In this document: positions 28,831 through 38,075 of the stretch, piece by piece
Position numbering within the stretch: the stretch's first letter is position 1
Layout of the letters: each line of letters begins with the position of its first letter
Assembly: GCA_028867145.1 (NCBI GenBank)
Contig: JAGWGX010000004.1
Location: forward strand, 1-56,815
Length of the DNA stretch: 56,815 bases
From: Candidatus Micrarchaeota archaeon
GTDB taxonomy: Archaea > Micrarchaeota > Micrarchaeia > Micrarchaeales > CABMGC01
Direction: 5' to 3'
The notes under the pieces: model-generated
Seen by the model: only the letters and a program-made list of their open reading frames with translations
Told to the model about the DNA's origin: nothing
The model's database searches: none
Made by a program: the position numbers and the translations under genes

Positions 28831-29727
28831 ATGGCAAGCTTCTTTGACGAAATAGCTAGGAACAGCCTAAAGTCAGTGCTGCTAATGGCGCTCTTTTCCG
28901 CGTTCTTCGTTGCAGTAATCTACCTATTCGTGGTTTTCCTTGGTGGCGGGGTTTTCTCATTCACATTCGCGATTGCGCTTGTCGCAATCTACGGGCTGAT
29001 AACCTACTACACTGGCGATAAGCTCGTGCTTGCGGTATCAGGTGCAAAGGAGGCAGACCCCAAGAAATACAGGCAGCTATATGGGATAATTGAGGGGCTT
29101 GCAGCGGCGACTCAGATCAGGATGCCAAAAGTTTACATAATTGAGGATCCGACCCCGAACGCATTCGCAACGGGCAGGAGCAAGAACCTCTCCTCGGTTG
29201 CGGTCACCACTGGAATACTCTCGATAATGGGCAAGAATGAGCTCACTGGGGTTCTCGCGCACGAGATGTCGCACGTCGCCGATAACGACGTTCAATTCAT
29301 GACAATAGCAATTGTGTTCGCAGGCGCAATAGGGATAATATCCGCCTTCATGAGGAACATGCTTTTCTTCGGCGGAGCAAACGGGGAGCGAAACAACGGA
29401 GGCGCCCTGCTGCTGATTGCATTAGTCCTTGGTCTTTTAGCCCCGTTCTTTGCGCTGCTAATTAGGCTTGCAATCTCAAGGAAGCGGGAGTACATGGCTG
29501 ATGCCAACGGCGCAAGGCTCACAAGGGACCCTCACTCTCTTGCGGACGCACTAAAGAAGATCCAGGCATTTGAGAAGAACCCTGATACTCCTCAGATGCA
29601 AAACGTGAACGAGGTCACAGCAAACCTTTACTTCTCAAGCCCATTCAAGGCAGGGAGCTTCGCTAACCTGTTTTCAACGCACCCCCCCATTGCGGAGAGG
29701 ATAAAGAAACTGGAGGCAATGTACTAA
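28831..29727 (+). CDS. htpX: Zinc metalloprotease HtpX (M48)
   Basis: PNAFATG, HEMSH, SRKREYMADA, STHPP. Confidence 0.95.
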   Translation: MASFFDEIARNSLKSVLLMALFSAFFVAVIYLFVVFLGGGVFSFTFAIALVAIYGLITYYTGDKLVLAVSGAKEADPKKYRQLYGIIEGLAAATQIRMPKVYIIEDPTPNAFATGRSKNLSSVAVTTGILSIMGKNELTGVLAHEMSHVADNDVQFMTIAIVFAGAIGIISAFMRNMLFFGGANGERNNGGALLLIALVLGLLAPFFALLIRLAISRKREYMADANGARLTRDPHSLADALKKIQAFEKNPDTPQMQNVNEVTANLYFSSPFKAGSFANLFSTHPPIAERIKKLEAMY

Positions 29728-29728
29728 T

Positions 29729-30490
29729 CTAGCCCTTTATCTTTTTTTTAGCCTCAATCACATTTGTGACTTTTCCCGATTCAACCAAAAAGACCTGCAG
29801 TTGGCCGAGCCCAAGTTTTGCCTTAAACTCGGTTATCGCATTCAGCATCTTCTTTTGCTCTACGGAATTTGTCTCGGTAATGTAAATTTTGGCCAGCTTC
29901 AGCCCATTTGCCGCCGTTGCGAGCTTTACCGATGCCATCGAATCCTCTATGTCTGCCTGTATGCAGTAAGAGTGATTCATCTCAGTCAAGAAAGTGTTTG
30001 AGTATTTAGCGGTTGACGGCGACATCAGCACTATCACATTATCTGTGCTGCTTTGATGAGCAGTAGGCTGTAGCTCAACTAGTTTTACGCTTATTCCTAC
30101 AACCTTTTCATCATACTTTGGGAGCTCATTTCCTATGCTCTTCATCTCCTCTAAGCACTGTCTTGGATTCTCCTCAAATTCAAGTTGCTTCCTTGTATGC
30201 AAGAATTTTCCCTCAAAGTTCTTTACCAACTTTTCAGTCACTTCAGCATCAAACTTCTCCCCTTCCTTCATACACTTGAAAACCGCCCCCATTGCGCCGC
30301 AATCGGTGTGCGGAAGTATGACTATCTCCTTTACCTCATTCTCCTCCATGAGTCTCTTCAGCGTATTCTTTGCGCCTGAAGGACATCCTCCCGCGTTCCT
30401 CACAAAAATCGTATTTCCGTCATTGTACTCTTGTTCAAGCTTCTGATTCAGCCTTCTATCCATGCAACTTATTACTATTCTATCAGACAT
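29729..30490 (-). CDS. Beta-class carbonic anhydrase-like protein with C-terminal extension
   Basis: CMDRR, RNAGG and HTDCGA zinc-binding motifs. Confidence 0.75.
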   Translation of the reverse strand: MSDRIVISCMDRRLNQKLEQEYNDGNTIFVRNAGGCPSGAKNTLKRLMEENEVKEIVILPHTDCGAMGAVFKCMKEGEKFDAEVTEKLVKNFEGKFLHTRKQLEFEENPRQCLEEMKSIGNELPKYDEKVVGISVKLVELQPTAHQSSTDNVIVLMSPSTAKYSNTFLTEMNHSYCIQADIEDSMASVKLATAANGLKLAKIYITETNSVEQKKMLNAITEFKAKLGLGQLQVFLVESGKVTNVIEAKKKIKG

Positions 30491-30609
30491 ACTCACATCT
30501 CAATTTTTCAAACGTAGATTGTCGTTAGAAGAAATAATCTCTTATCCCTTTCTAGACCATACTTGTTAAATGAGAGGCAATATTTAAATCTAACTCATTG
30601 GTTGTTTTC

Positions 30610-31188
30610 ATGGAAGGAGATGAACTGCAAAGAAAGTACAACCAGATTTATCTAGAGATCATTCTGCGATACAAGGATTACATTGAGCAAAATGAGAACC
30701 TAAATGTCGCAGAGCTCCCAAAGCTGATAACCCCCACAAATGAGAACGTCATCACTGCGACAAACAAGGTCAAGTCTACTTTTGACAACTACTCCTACAA
30801 CTCAAACTTTCTTTCCGCGGCAAAATTGGCGTATGAATTTGTAACCGTGCATATTTCGCACGTAAGTTTGCCTATTGAGTTCTGGCTCTATCCCTCAGAC
30901 ACGATAAAGTGTGAGGCTGGCGACATATTTGACAAGGCGACGCTGCTTTGCAGCATGATGATTGCTCTGGGCAATCCATCAACTAGAGTCATCAGCTCTG
31001 TAAAGCCAAATGATAGGCGATTCATCGTATACTGCGAGTTTGACGATGCGGTCTTCGCATTTGATTTGGACCGCGGGCTAATAAGATTTGATACTAAGGA
31101 GAAGCTGATCGGAAGCCTGGTCCTAAAAGAGAATGATGACACAACGGCTTACGAGTTCAATGACAAGATGTACGAGAGCCTAGTCTGA
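30610..31188 (+). CDS. Transglutaminase-like fold protein, catalytic Cys absent
   Basis: FWLYPSDTI...GDIFDKATLLCSM matches the W..P.ET....GDC.D.A.LL.S pattern, with Ile in place of Cys. Confidence 0.65.
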   Translation: MEGDELQRKYNQIYLEIILRYKDYIEQNENLNVAELPKLITPTNENVITATNKVKSTFDNYSYNSNFLSAAKLAYEFVTVHISHVSLPIEFWLYPSDTIKCEAGDIFDKATLLCSMMIALGNPSTRVISSVKPNDRRFIVYCEFDDAVFAFDLDRGLIRFDTKEKLIGSLVLKENDDTTAYEFNDKMYESLV

Positions 31189-31308
31189 CTACTTTCTCTT
31201 TCTATTCGCCTTCATCTTCTTTCTTGCTTCCTTCTTTAGCCTAACGAGCTTCTTGTGCCTGTAGCTCTTCCCGACCTTTCTGTGTTTCTTTTTTACGTTT
31301 ATCTGCAT
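31189..31308 (-). CDS. Small, highly basic protein (39 aa)
   Basis: MQINVKKKHRKVGKSYRHKKLVRLKKEARKKMKANRKRK*; starts 9 nt after the hsp20 stop and fills the gap to the convergent gene. Confidence 0.7.
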   Translation of the reverse strand: MQINVKKKHRKVGKSYRHKKLVRLKKEARKKMKANRKRK

Positions 31309-31317
31309 AGAAAAACC

Positions 31318-31821
31318 TTACTCTATTCTTATGTCATTATCCTTATTTATCTTCTTCCCTTTGGTGAGTATCACCTCAAGAATGCCGTTTGTGTACTTTG
31401 CCTTTATGTTTCTTGAGCCAAGATGCTGGGGCAGCGCAATTTGCCTGAAGTATTTCTTTTCAGCGCCCTCGCCTGATGAAATCTCAAGCGCGGCGGGCGT
31501 ATAGCTTAGCTTTATGTCCACCTTTTTGACTCCAGGAACCTCCGCTATCACCGCAATCTGCTTCTCATTTGAGATCACCTCAACAAGCGGCTCAATCTCA
31601 ATTTCTTTGTCTGGCGTTTGGGCGACCTTGTGCGCCATTTCCTCGTTTCCGTTTTTTATCGTTACTTCCCTGAATACAAACTCTGCTGGCGTTCCATCCC
31701 TTTCCATCTTGTTTGCAAGCTCTCTTACTAGCACGTTGAAGAGGTTGATCATGTTAGGGTCTGAGGTGAAGAAATTTTCAAGGTAGGAAAAAGGATCTTC
31801 GATTCTTTTTTTCTTCGCCAT
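31318..31821 (-). CDS. Small heat shock protein (Hsp20)
   Basis: EPLVEV, VIAEVPGV.K.DI, AKYTNGILEV. Confidence 0.9.
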   Translation of the reverse strand: MAKKKRIEDPFSYLENFFTSDPNMINLFNVLVRELANKMERDGTPAEFVFREVTIKNGNEEMAHKVAQTPDKEIEIEPLVEVISNEKQIAVIAEVPGVKKVDIKLSYTPAALEISSGEGAEKKYFRQIALPQHLGSRNIKAKYTNGILEVILTKGKKINKDNDIRIE

Positions 31822-31832
31822 GAGCTTCCTTG

Positions 31833-32891
31833 TTATAGCCAGCTATTTATGCCTTTTTGTCCGCTGCTTTGCCTAAGCGCAACAAGCCTCTCAGCTCCCT
31901 TTGTGATTCTGTCGACTGAGAATTCGTGCTCGTCGCACATGAACTTTAGTATTGCCTCCTTGCTTGGCACAAACTTTGCGATCTTTTCGTTTAGTGCATC
32001 CGCGCCGATCTCAAGCGCCTCGGGCTTCATGAAGATTGCCTCAACCTCCTCTGGGTCCACCTCAAACTCCTTGTTGTACTTTTCCTTGACGTACTTCTCA
32101 ATTGCGCCAAGGCTCTTGTGCTCATTTACGATCTTGAGTGCAGTCTTTGGCCCAACCTTCTCTATCCCCTCGTTGAAGTCGGTGCCGATCAGCATCCCCA
32201 TCCAGATTAGCTGCTCCCTTGTGAGCTTTAGGCTCTCAAGAAGTTTCTTTAGGTAGATACGCTCTGGCTCTACGTTGATGTAAATTCCTTTTCCGGGAAG
32301 CTTCCTCTTCCCAGTTATTGTGAGATTCCTAACTATCACGTCTGCCCCAAACAAGAAAAGGTCGTAGTCCTGGCTTGCCGCGGCGTAGACTATCTTCTCC
32401 CTCACCATCATCGCAGCCTGCGCCTCACCCTCGCTTGGCGCCTGGATGTAGGGGACTCCCATGTGGGTTAGAAGCTCCTTTGAGCTGTCTATCATCCACT
32501 TGTTTATCTTGCTGCTAGCTACTGCAAACGCCCTCGCCTCCTCGAGCTGCCCCTTCGCCCTTGCCTTCTCCCACTCCGCTTGCGCCTCAACCCTCTTGTT
32601 TGCCCTTGCCTCAAGGGTCCTCTGCTTTAGGACCGGCGGGGCTCCGTCAAAGACATAAATCGGGATCACTCCCTGCTCAAGCAGGCTCGTGGTCCTATAA
32701 AATAGTCCGGAGAGGTGGCTTGTCACCCTTCCCTTTGAGTCAGTGAGGGGCGTGCCGTCAGGCCCCCTAATTATGGAGATGAACTGGTAAATCGTGTTGA
32801 ACGCGTCTATCGCGACCCTTCTCCTGTCAAGCTCGCCGATCGAGATGTTCTCCTTCACCTCCGCAACAAGCTTCCCCAGATCTACTGCCAT
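31833..32891 (-). CDS. fen: Flap endonuclease 1
   Basis: IDAFNTIYQF, TSHLSGLFYR, APSEGEAQAA, SQDYD, GTDFN, PIP-like QKGINSWL. Confidence 0.97.
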   Translation of the reverse strand: MAVDLGKLVAEVKENISIGELDRRRVAIDAFNTIYQFISIIRGPDGTPLTDSKGRVTSHLSGLFYRTTSLLEQGVIPIYVFDGAPPVLKQRTLEARANKRVEAQAEWEKARAKGQLEEARAFAVASSKINKWMIDSSKELLTHMGVPYIQAPSEGEAQAAMMVREKIVYAAASQDYDLFLFGADVIVRNLTITGKRKLPGKGIYINVEPERIYLKKLLESLKLTREQLIWMGMLIGTDFNEGIEKVGPKTALKIVNEHKSLGAIEKYVKEKYNKEFEVDPEEVEAIFMKPEALEIGADALNEKIAKFVPSKEAILKFMCDEHEFSVDRITKGAERLVALRQSSGQKGINSWL

Positions 32892-33364
32892 TACTCCTCC
32901 TCCCTGTCAGTATCTTCTTTCTTGAATGCAACGTCCCCAAGCGTGAATGCCTGCTTCCTGCCAAATTTTTCCATAGACTCATTGCCGATCCTCTTCTCGG
33001 CAAGCTTTATCCCAAGCTCCTTCTCAAGCTTTTTCCTCAGCACATCGGTAGGAAGGCCCCTTCCCTGCTCGACCCTTCTAAGCGTGCTCTCCTGCTCTGA
33101 GATTCTCTCCGCGAGGACCTTTAATGGGAACCCCAGCTTCTCCCTTGCCTTGCGTATCTGCTCCCCGAAGTGGTCGACTATCTCGTCTTCCTCCTCCATC
33201 TTCTTCTTTGAGTAGGCGTTTCCCCTCTCGACCTCCTCAAGGCCCATTCCCTTCAGGATCGTCTTTCCCTTCGAGCAAGAGGTGCAAACCCACATCTGCG
33301 CCTCCTCGATTCTTGCAAGGTATATCCTCTCGGTCGACTTTCCGCAAATTTCGCAAGTTTCCAT
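32891..33364 (-). CDS. Archaeal multiprotein bridging factor aMBF1
   Basis: CEICG..C..C Zn ribbon, Cro-type HTH, FTLGD motif; start ATG 33364. Confidence 0.9.
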   Translation of the reverse strand: METCEICGKSTERIYLARIEEAQMWVCTSCSKGKTILKGMGLEEVERGNAYSKKKMEEEDEIVDHFGEQIRKAREKLGFPLKVLAERISEQESTLRRVEQGRGLPTDVLRKKLEKELGIKLAEKRIGNESMEKFGRKQAFTLGDVAFKKEDTDREEE

Positions 33365-33430
33365 ACTATCCCCAAGAGTATAATCGGGCAAGAAGCTATA
33401 TATTATTTATACGATTATTAGCCGCTAAGC

Positions 33431-34894
33431 ATGCCTAAAATAAAATCGCTCAAGGGCAGGCCCGAGAGCGGCATTGTCACAGTTCTCTCCCTTCTCTTTA
33501 GCGTTGTCGCTCTCTACTACCTAATTGCGGTGAGCTCGCTTGCGCCCCTTGCAAGGGGAGTGCTCGCGATCGCAGCGCTGCTCGTCTCTAGCAGGGCTAT
33601 CATAATCTACAATGGTCTAAGGCAGCTCTTTGGCGCATATTTGCTTGGGGGCAAGGCGGGGGTTAACTTTGTCGACGCCCTCTCAAGGTGGCGCCCGGGC
33701 TTTTGGACCGCGTTTGCGGACTGGGGGCTCGTGCTCTCATTTGGTCTCGCCTCATATTTCCTCTTCAAAAAGCAGCTCTCGAAAATGATGCTCCTCTTTG
33801 GGCTGCTCTCGATCTTTGTGATAGTCTACGCGGTCCTTCCCTCATCCTCGATCGCATTCCAGTTCATCAACCTTCCGCAGATAACCTCGCAGATAAACAG
33901 CGCAGCCCCGCACCAGCCAACGCTCATCTCGACAGTTAGCATGTACCTGCTCAACTTGCTTTTGCTTGTGGGCGGATTCTCCCTTTTCATTCTTGCAACC
34001 CTGGTCTACTCCGCGCTTAGCATAATCTACGGAATACTTGCCTTCTCGCAAAGCGTAATAAACAATGCGCCAAACTACGGCATCATCTCATCGCAGGTGC
34101 CAGGCGTCGCTCCGATACTTCCCGGGATAACAATGCCGCTCTTTGCGGGAATTGTTACGCTTGCAATAATCCTGATTGTGCACGAGTTCTCTCACGGAAT
34201 ACTCGCCCGGGTCGCAAAGGTTAAGCTCAAGGAGATTGGTCTGCTTGTGCTGGGCGTCATTCCAATAGGCGCATACGTGGAGCCAGACGAGCGAGCCGTA
34301 AAGAGGTTAAATAAAGAAAAGCAGAGCAGGATCCTAATAGCCGGAATCTCAGCGAATCTTGGGCTCTCAATACTCACATTCGCACTTCTAGTGCTGGTTG
34401 CGACGTACCTGCTACCTGGCTTTGTCACAACAAAGGTGTTCATCACCGCGACCGCGCCGAACTCTCCAGCCTTCAATGTGATTCCCGCAGGAGCGCAGGT
34501 GCTTGCCTGGAATGGGCACATTGTGACAAACCTGACCAGCCTTGCAGCGGCTGCCTCCTCAATTCCATTCACCGGAGTTTTAGTCCAAACCGACAAGGGA
34601 AACTACTCGCTTATCTCAAACGCAACCGGAAAAATAGGCGTCTCGCTCTCGCAAACGCGAGGCCCAATTGCTACTCTTTCAGGAAGCATCGTCTACTTCA
34701 TCTACACCGTGCTCTCACTCTCATTCCTTCTCAATTTCCTAGTAGGGGTTGTTAACCTCCTCCCGATCCCAAGCTTTGATGGCTGGCAGATCTACCAACT
34801 GCTCACAAAGAACAAGAAGGTGCTCGGCACGCTTGCCTGGCTTGCAGTCCTTTCCATTCTCGCAAACGTGCTCCCGTGGATCTGGGCCCACTAA
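33431..34894 (+). CDS. Site-2 protease (M50) with PDZ-like insert
   Basis: HEFSHG, GAYVEPDE, AGISAN, NLLPIPSFDG. Confidence 0.92.
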   Translation: MPKIKSLKGRPESGIVTVLSLLFSVVALYYLIAVSSLAPLARGVLAIAALLVSSRAIIIYNGLRQLFGAYLLGGKAGVNFVDALSRWRPGFWTAFADWGLVLSFGLASYFLFKKQLSKMMLLFGLLSIFVIVYAVLPSSSIAFQFINLPQITSQINSAAPHQPTLISTVSMYLLNLLLLVGGFSLFILATLVYSALSIIYGILAFSQSVINNAPNYGIISSQVPGVAPILPGITMPLFAGIVTLAIILIVHEFSHGILARVAKVKLKEIGLLVLGVIPIGAYVEPDERAVKRLNKEKQSRILIAGISANLGLSILTFALLVLVATYLLPGFVTTKVFITATAPNSPAFNVIPAGAQVLAWNGHIVTNLTSLAAAASSIPFTGVLVQTDKGNYSLISNATGKIGVSLSQTRGPIATLSGSIVYFIYTVLSLSFLLNFLVGVVNLLPIPSFDGWQIYQLLTKNKKVLGTLAWLAVLSILANVLPWIWAH

Positions 34895-35392
34895 TTACCA
34901 GGGCACCGACTTTAGCTTCCATCGGTGCGCCACGGAGTTTGTGAAAAGATGCAATCCCCCTGTTATCAATAGGATGAAAATTATCCCATAGATGTCAGGC
35001 AGATTTCCAAAGGGCGCCGCGAAGAGAAGCGCAAAAAAGACAAACAGGTACTGGTCCATAAGTCCCCCTCTATGCCCTGGTGATGTGCCTCCCCTCCTTT
35101 TTATCAGGCTGCCAAGAAGGTCCCCGAAGTGAGCGCCAAGCGCCTGCGCCACTCCGACCACAAGCATGTATGGCAAAAAGAAAGACTCCCCAAATCCTAT
35201 CAGGGTTCCCGCAAGCACTCCTGCAATTAGCCCCCTCCAGGTCTTGTTGTCCCCGAAAATCCTGTTTCTCCTTATTCTCCTGCCTCCGTCAATTGGCCTT
35301 CCGCCCCCGAATAAAACAGGCGCCCCGTTTGCAACGTATCCTGGCAGAATGTAGATTATCGGGTAAATGATCAGCGAGTAAAGGTCAACCAT
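34895..35392 (-). CDS. carS: CDP-archaeol synthase (DUF46)
   Basis: LPGYVANGAPVLFGGGRPIDGG, GDNKTWRG, GDLLGSLIKRR, DQ; start ATG 35392. Confidence 0.9.
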   Translation of the reverse strand: MVDLYSLIIYPIIYILPGYVANGAPVLFGGGRPIDGGRRIRRNRIFGDNKTWRGLIAGVLAGTLIGFGESFFLPYMLVVGVAQALGAHFGDLLGSLIKRRGGTSPGHRGGLMDQYLFVFFALLFAAPFGNLPDIYGIIFILLITGGLHLFTNSVAHRWKLKSVPW

Positions 35393-35399
35393 CAAATCC

Positions 35400-38075
35400 C
35401 TAAGCCTGCAACTTCCCTTCTGCCACCTTGTTTGAGCCTCCTCCCTTAAAGCCCCTCTTTGCAAGCTTCTCCTTCGCGAACTCTATTGCGCTTTTTCCAG
35501 AGTGCACTCCGCATGCGCAGACGACATCCCCCGCCGAGTTAGTTAGGAGCACCGCCGCCTTTGCATTCTTCTCAACAATTGCCCCGGAAAGTTTTCTGAG
35601 CAGCTCCCTTGGCGCCTTGCCGAGATCCATCTCGACTAAATTCTGCCCTGAAAGCTGGTCTGCCATTATGGTGCTAATCACCTCGTTTGACTGGGCGAGC
35701 TTCTTGTACATCTCGCTGTAGTCCTCCCTTGCGGATCTGACCGCGCCAAGGCTCTTCATCTTCTCAACATTCATCTCATGCGCAATGCCGGTCAGCTCCC
35801 TGTCCTCCTTTTGGAAGTAGTCGAGCGCCGCAGGTCCCGCAGTGAACTCGACCCTGTCAATTCCGTCAGAGATCCTCGCGGTCTCAATTATCTTCACCAT
35901 TCCCATCCTGCTCTCCCTGTTCACAAGGTGGAGCCCTCCGCACGCCTGGGCGTCAAACACCTTTCCGTGCTTGTCTGCAATCGTTACAATCCTCATCTTC
36001 TTTGCGGGAACTCCATGTCCCTGGTATATCACAAAACCGTACTTTGATTCGGCCTCGCCTCTGTCCAGCCAGTTCACCTCAATCTTCATCCCGTCCGCGA
36101 TGTGCTCGTTTGCAATTCTCTCGATCGCATCTACGTCCTCATCGCTTAGCTTATCGTAGTGCGTCAGGTCGATTCTCGCCTTTGCATAGTCCTTGAGCGT
36201 TCCCTCCTGCCAGATGTGCTTTCCAAGAGCGCTTCTCGCGGATGAGTTCATCAGGTGCGTTGCGCTGTGGTGTATCATAAGCCTGTTTCTCCTGTCCTTG
36301 TCAACCTGTGCGTCAACCACTGATCCAATTGCAAGCCCCTTCTCCTTGCTAACATCCTTTTCCATTGTGTGCACAATCACATCGCCAAGCTTTTGCGCGT
36401 CAGTCACCTTCACATTATTTATCCTTCCGTGGTCCGCAAGCTGCCCTCCCCCCTCTGGATAGAAAGGCGACTTGTCTAGCACCACAAAATTCTTTTGCAC
36501 AAAGAGAACCTTTGACTTTGACTCTGTCGCATAGTCATAGTATAGCTGCTCCGTCCGTGGGAGCTTTGGAAGCTCGACCTCCGCCTTCGCGCCCTTCACC
36601 TTCTTTGCAAAGTCCCCCTGCAAAATGTCCTCGTACCAGTTCTCCGGCATCTCAATCTTCATCCCCTTTTGGTGCGCTACGTCGCTGAGCAGCTCTGGCG
36701 TGACTCCATAGCTCTCGTAGAGGAGCTTGAGCTCTTTTGCCCCGAACTTGTTTGTCTTTGCGACCATCTGCTCGATTATCTTCGCGGAGTTTTGCTTGCT
36801 CTTCTCGTATCTCTCTTTTTCTATCGCGACAATCTTCTCAAGGGTGTCAAGCGATCCCATTAGCTCCGGGTAGAGCTCCTGGAGTGCCTGCGCGTCAGCA
36901 CTTGCAACATCTAGGATTGTAAACTTGAAGTTGTATCTCTCAATGAAGCTAAGCGCCCTTCGCAGGATTATCCTCAGGTTATAGCCTCCGCCAATGTTTG
37001 AGGGGAGCCCTCCGTCCGCTATCGCAAAGAGGAGGCTTCTTGTGTGGTCTAGTATCGCGTAGAACGCATGCAGAGGCTTGAGTTTTTTCTCATAATCTTC
37101 TACCGTAATTCCAACTCCCTTTAGCAGCTGCGCAAGGCGTGTCTTTGCCTCCTTCGCCTCTGTAACATCGAGCTCTCCTGAAATCGCAGCAAACTTCCTA
37201 AACAAAACATCATCAAAGTCAAGGCTAAGCTCCTTGCTCATCTTCTTTATCGTGCCCTCAAATGCGGCCCTGTAAGCGTTGTCGTATCCTGTGTAGAACC
37301 AGAGAAGCCTCTCAAAGCCCCATCCGACATCGATAACCTTATCGTCCAGCTCCCTTATCTTCCCATTGATGCACTCAAACTCTGTAAAGACGCTGTTGAC
37401 AAGCTCGATCCCGTTCGCAAAGCTCTCAAGGCTCGGGCCGAACTCGGAGAAGTCTCCCATCGCCCAAACATCCTCATGGTAAATCAGGTCATCCTTCTTC
37501 ACTCCCAAGACTTCAGTTAGGAATTTGTAGTTTAGCTCAATGCACTTGTCTTTCCAGTAACCCTTCTTTGGATACTCAAAGGAGTGCTGCCCAGCCATCA
37601 TGAATCCTGTGAAGTGCCTTCCGGTCACCCCGACATTTTCTATGTCGCTAAACCTCAGGCACAGCTGCGGGACAACCAGCGGGTTTGCGGGATACTCAAA
37701 CCCCATCGCCCCGTTCTCTACCCTCTGGAAATCCTGGATGCTCGCAATCGTAAAGTAAAGATCAGGCCTCCATCTGCTAACCACAGGGTATCTCTGGATC
37801 TCCTTGTGTCCGTTCTTCTCAAAAAACTCCGCAAACTTCTTCCAGAACTCAACGTACCCAATTTTCACTGGCTTTTCCTTAAAAAATGAATAAGGCTCGT
37901 GCTCTCCGCACGCCTTTCTTTCCTTTGTGCTCCAAAAGTACCTTCCGCACTCCTCGCAGTTATATCTCTTGTATCCCTTTTCATCAAATATCTTGACAAG
38001 GTAGTACTCCTTGTAGTTCTTGCTGAACTCCGCCCCTAGTGTCTTTTTGCTTAGTTCGCTTACTTGCGGTATCAT
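35400..38075 (-). CDS. alaS: Alanine-tRNA ligase (archaeal type)
   Basis: YPVVSRWR.DLYFTIASIQDFQ, VIDVGWGFER, HHSATH, QACGGLH, GGGS; ATG overlaps the upstream stop (ATGA). Confidence 0.97.
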   Translation of the reverse strand: MIPQVSELSKKTLGAEFSKNYKEYYLVKIFDEKGYKRYNCEECGRYFWSTKERKACGEHEPYSFFKEKPVKIGYVEFWKKFAEFFEKNGHKEIQRYPVVSRWRPDLYFTIASIQDFQRVENGAMGFEYPANPLVVPQLCLRFSDIENVGVTGRHFTGFMMAGQHSFEYPKKGYWKDKCIELNYKFLTEVLGVKKDDLIYHEDVWAMGDFSEFGPSLESFANGIELVNSVFTEFECINGKIRELDDKVIDVGWGFERLLWFYTGYDNAYRAAFEGTIKKMSKELSLDFDDVLFRKFAAISGELDVTEAKEAKTRLAQLLKGVGITVEDYEKKLKPLHAFYAILDHTRSLLFAIADGGLPSNIGGGYNLRIILRRALSFIERYNFKFTILDVASADAQALQELYPELMGSLDTLEKIVAIEKERYEKSKQNSAKIIEQMVAKTNKFGAKELKLLYESYGVTPELLSDVAHQKGMKIEMPENWYEDILQGDFAKKVKGAKAEVELPKLPRTEQLYYDYATESKSKVLFVQKNFVVLDKSPFYPEGGGQLADHGRINNVKVTDAQKLGDVIVHTMEKDVSKEKGLAIGSVVDAQVDKDRRNRLMIHHSATHLMNSSARSALGKHIWQEGTLKDYAKARIDLTHYDKLSDEDVDAIERIANEHIADGMKIEVNWLDRGEAESKYGFVIYQGHGVPAKKMRIVTIADKHGKVFDAQACGGLHLVNRESRMGMVKIIETARISDGIDRVEFTAGPAALDYFQKEDRELTGIAHEMNVEKMKSLGAVRSAREDYSEMYKKLAQSNEVISTIMADQLSGQNLVEMDLGKAPRELLRKLSGAIVEKNAKAAVLLTNSAGDVVCACGVHSGKSAIEFAKEKLAKRGFKGGGSNKVAEGKLQA

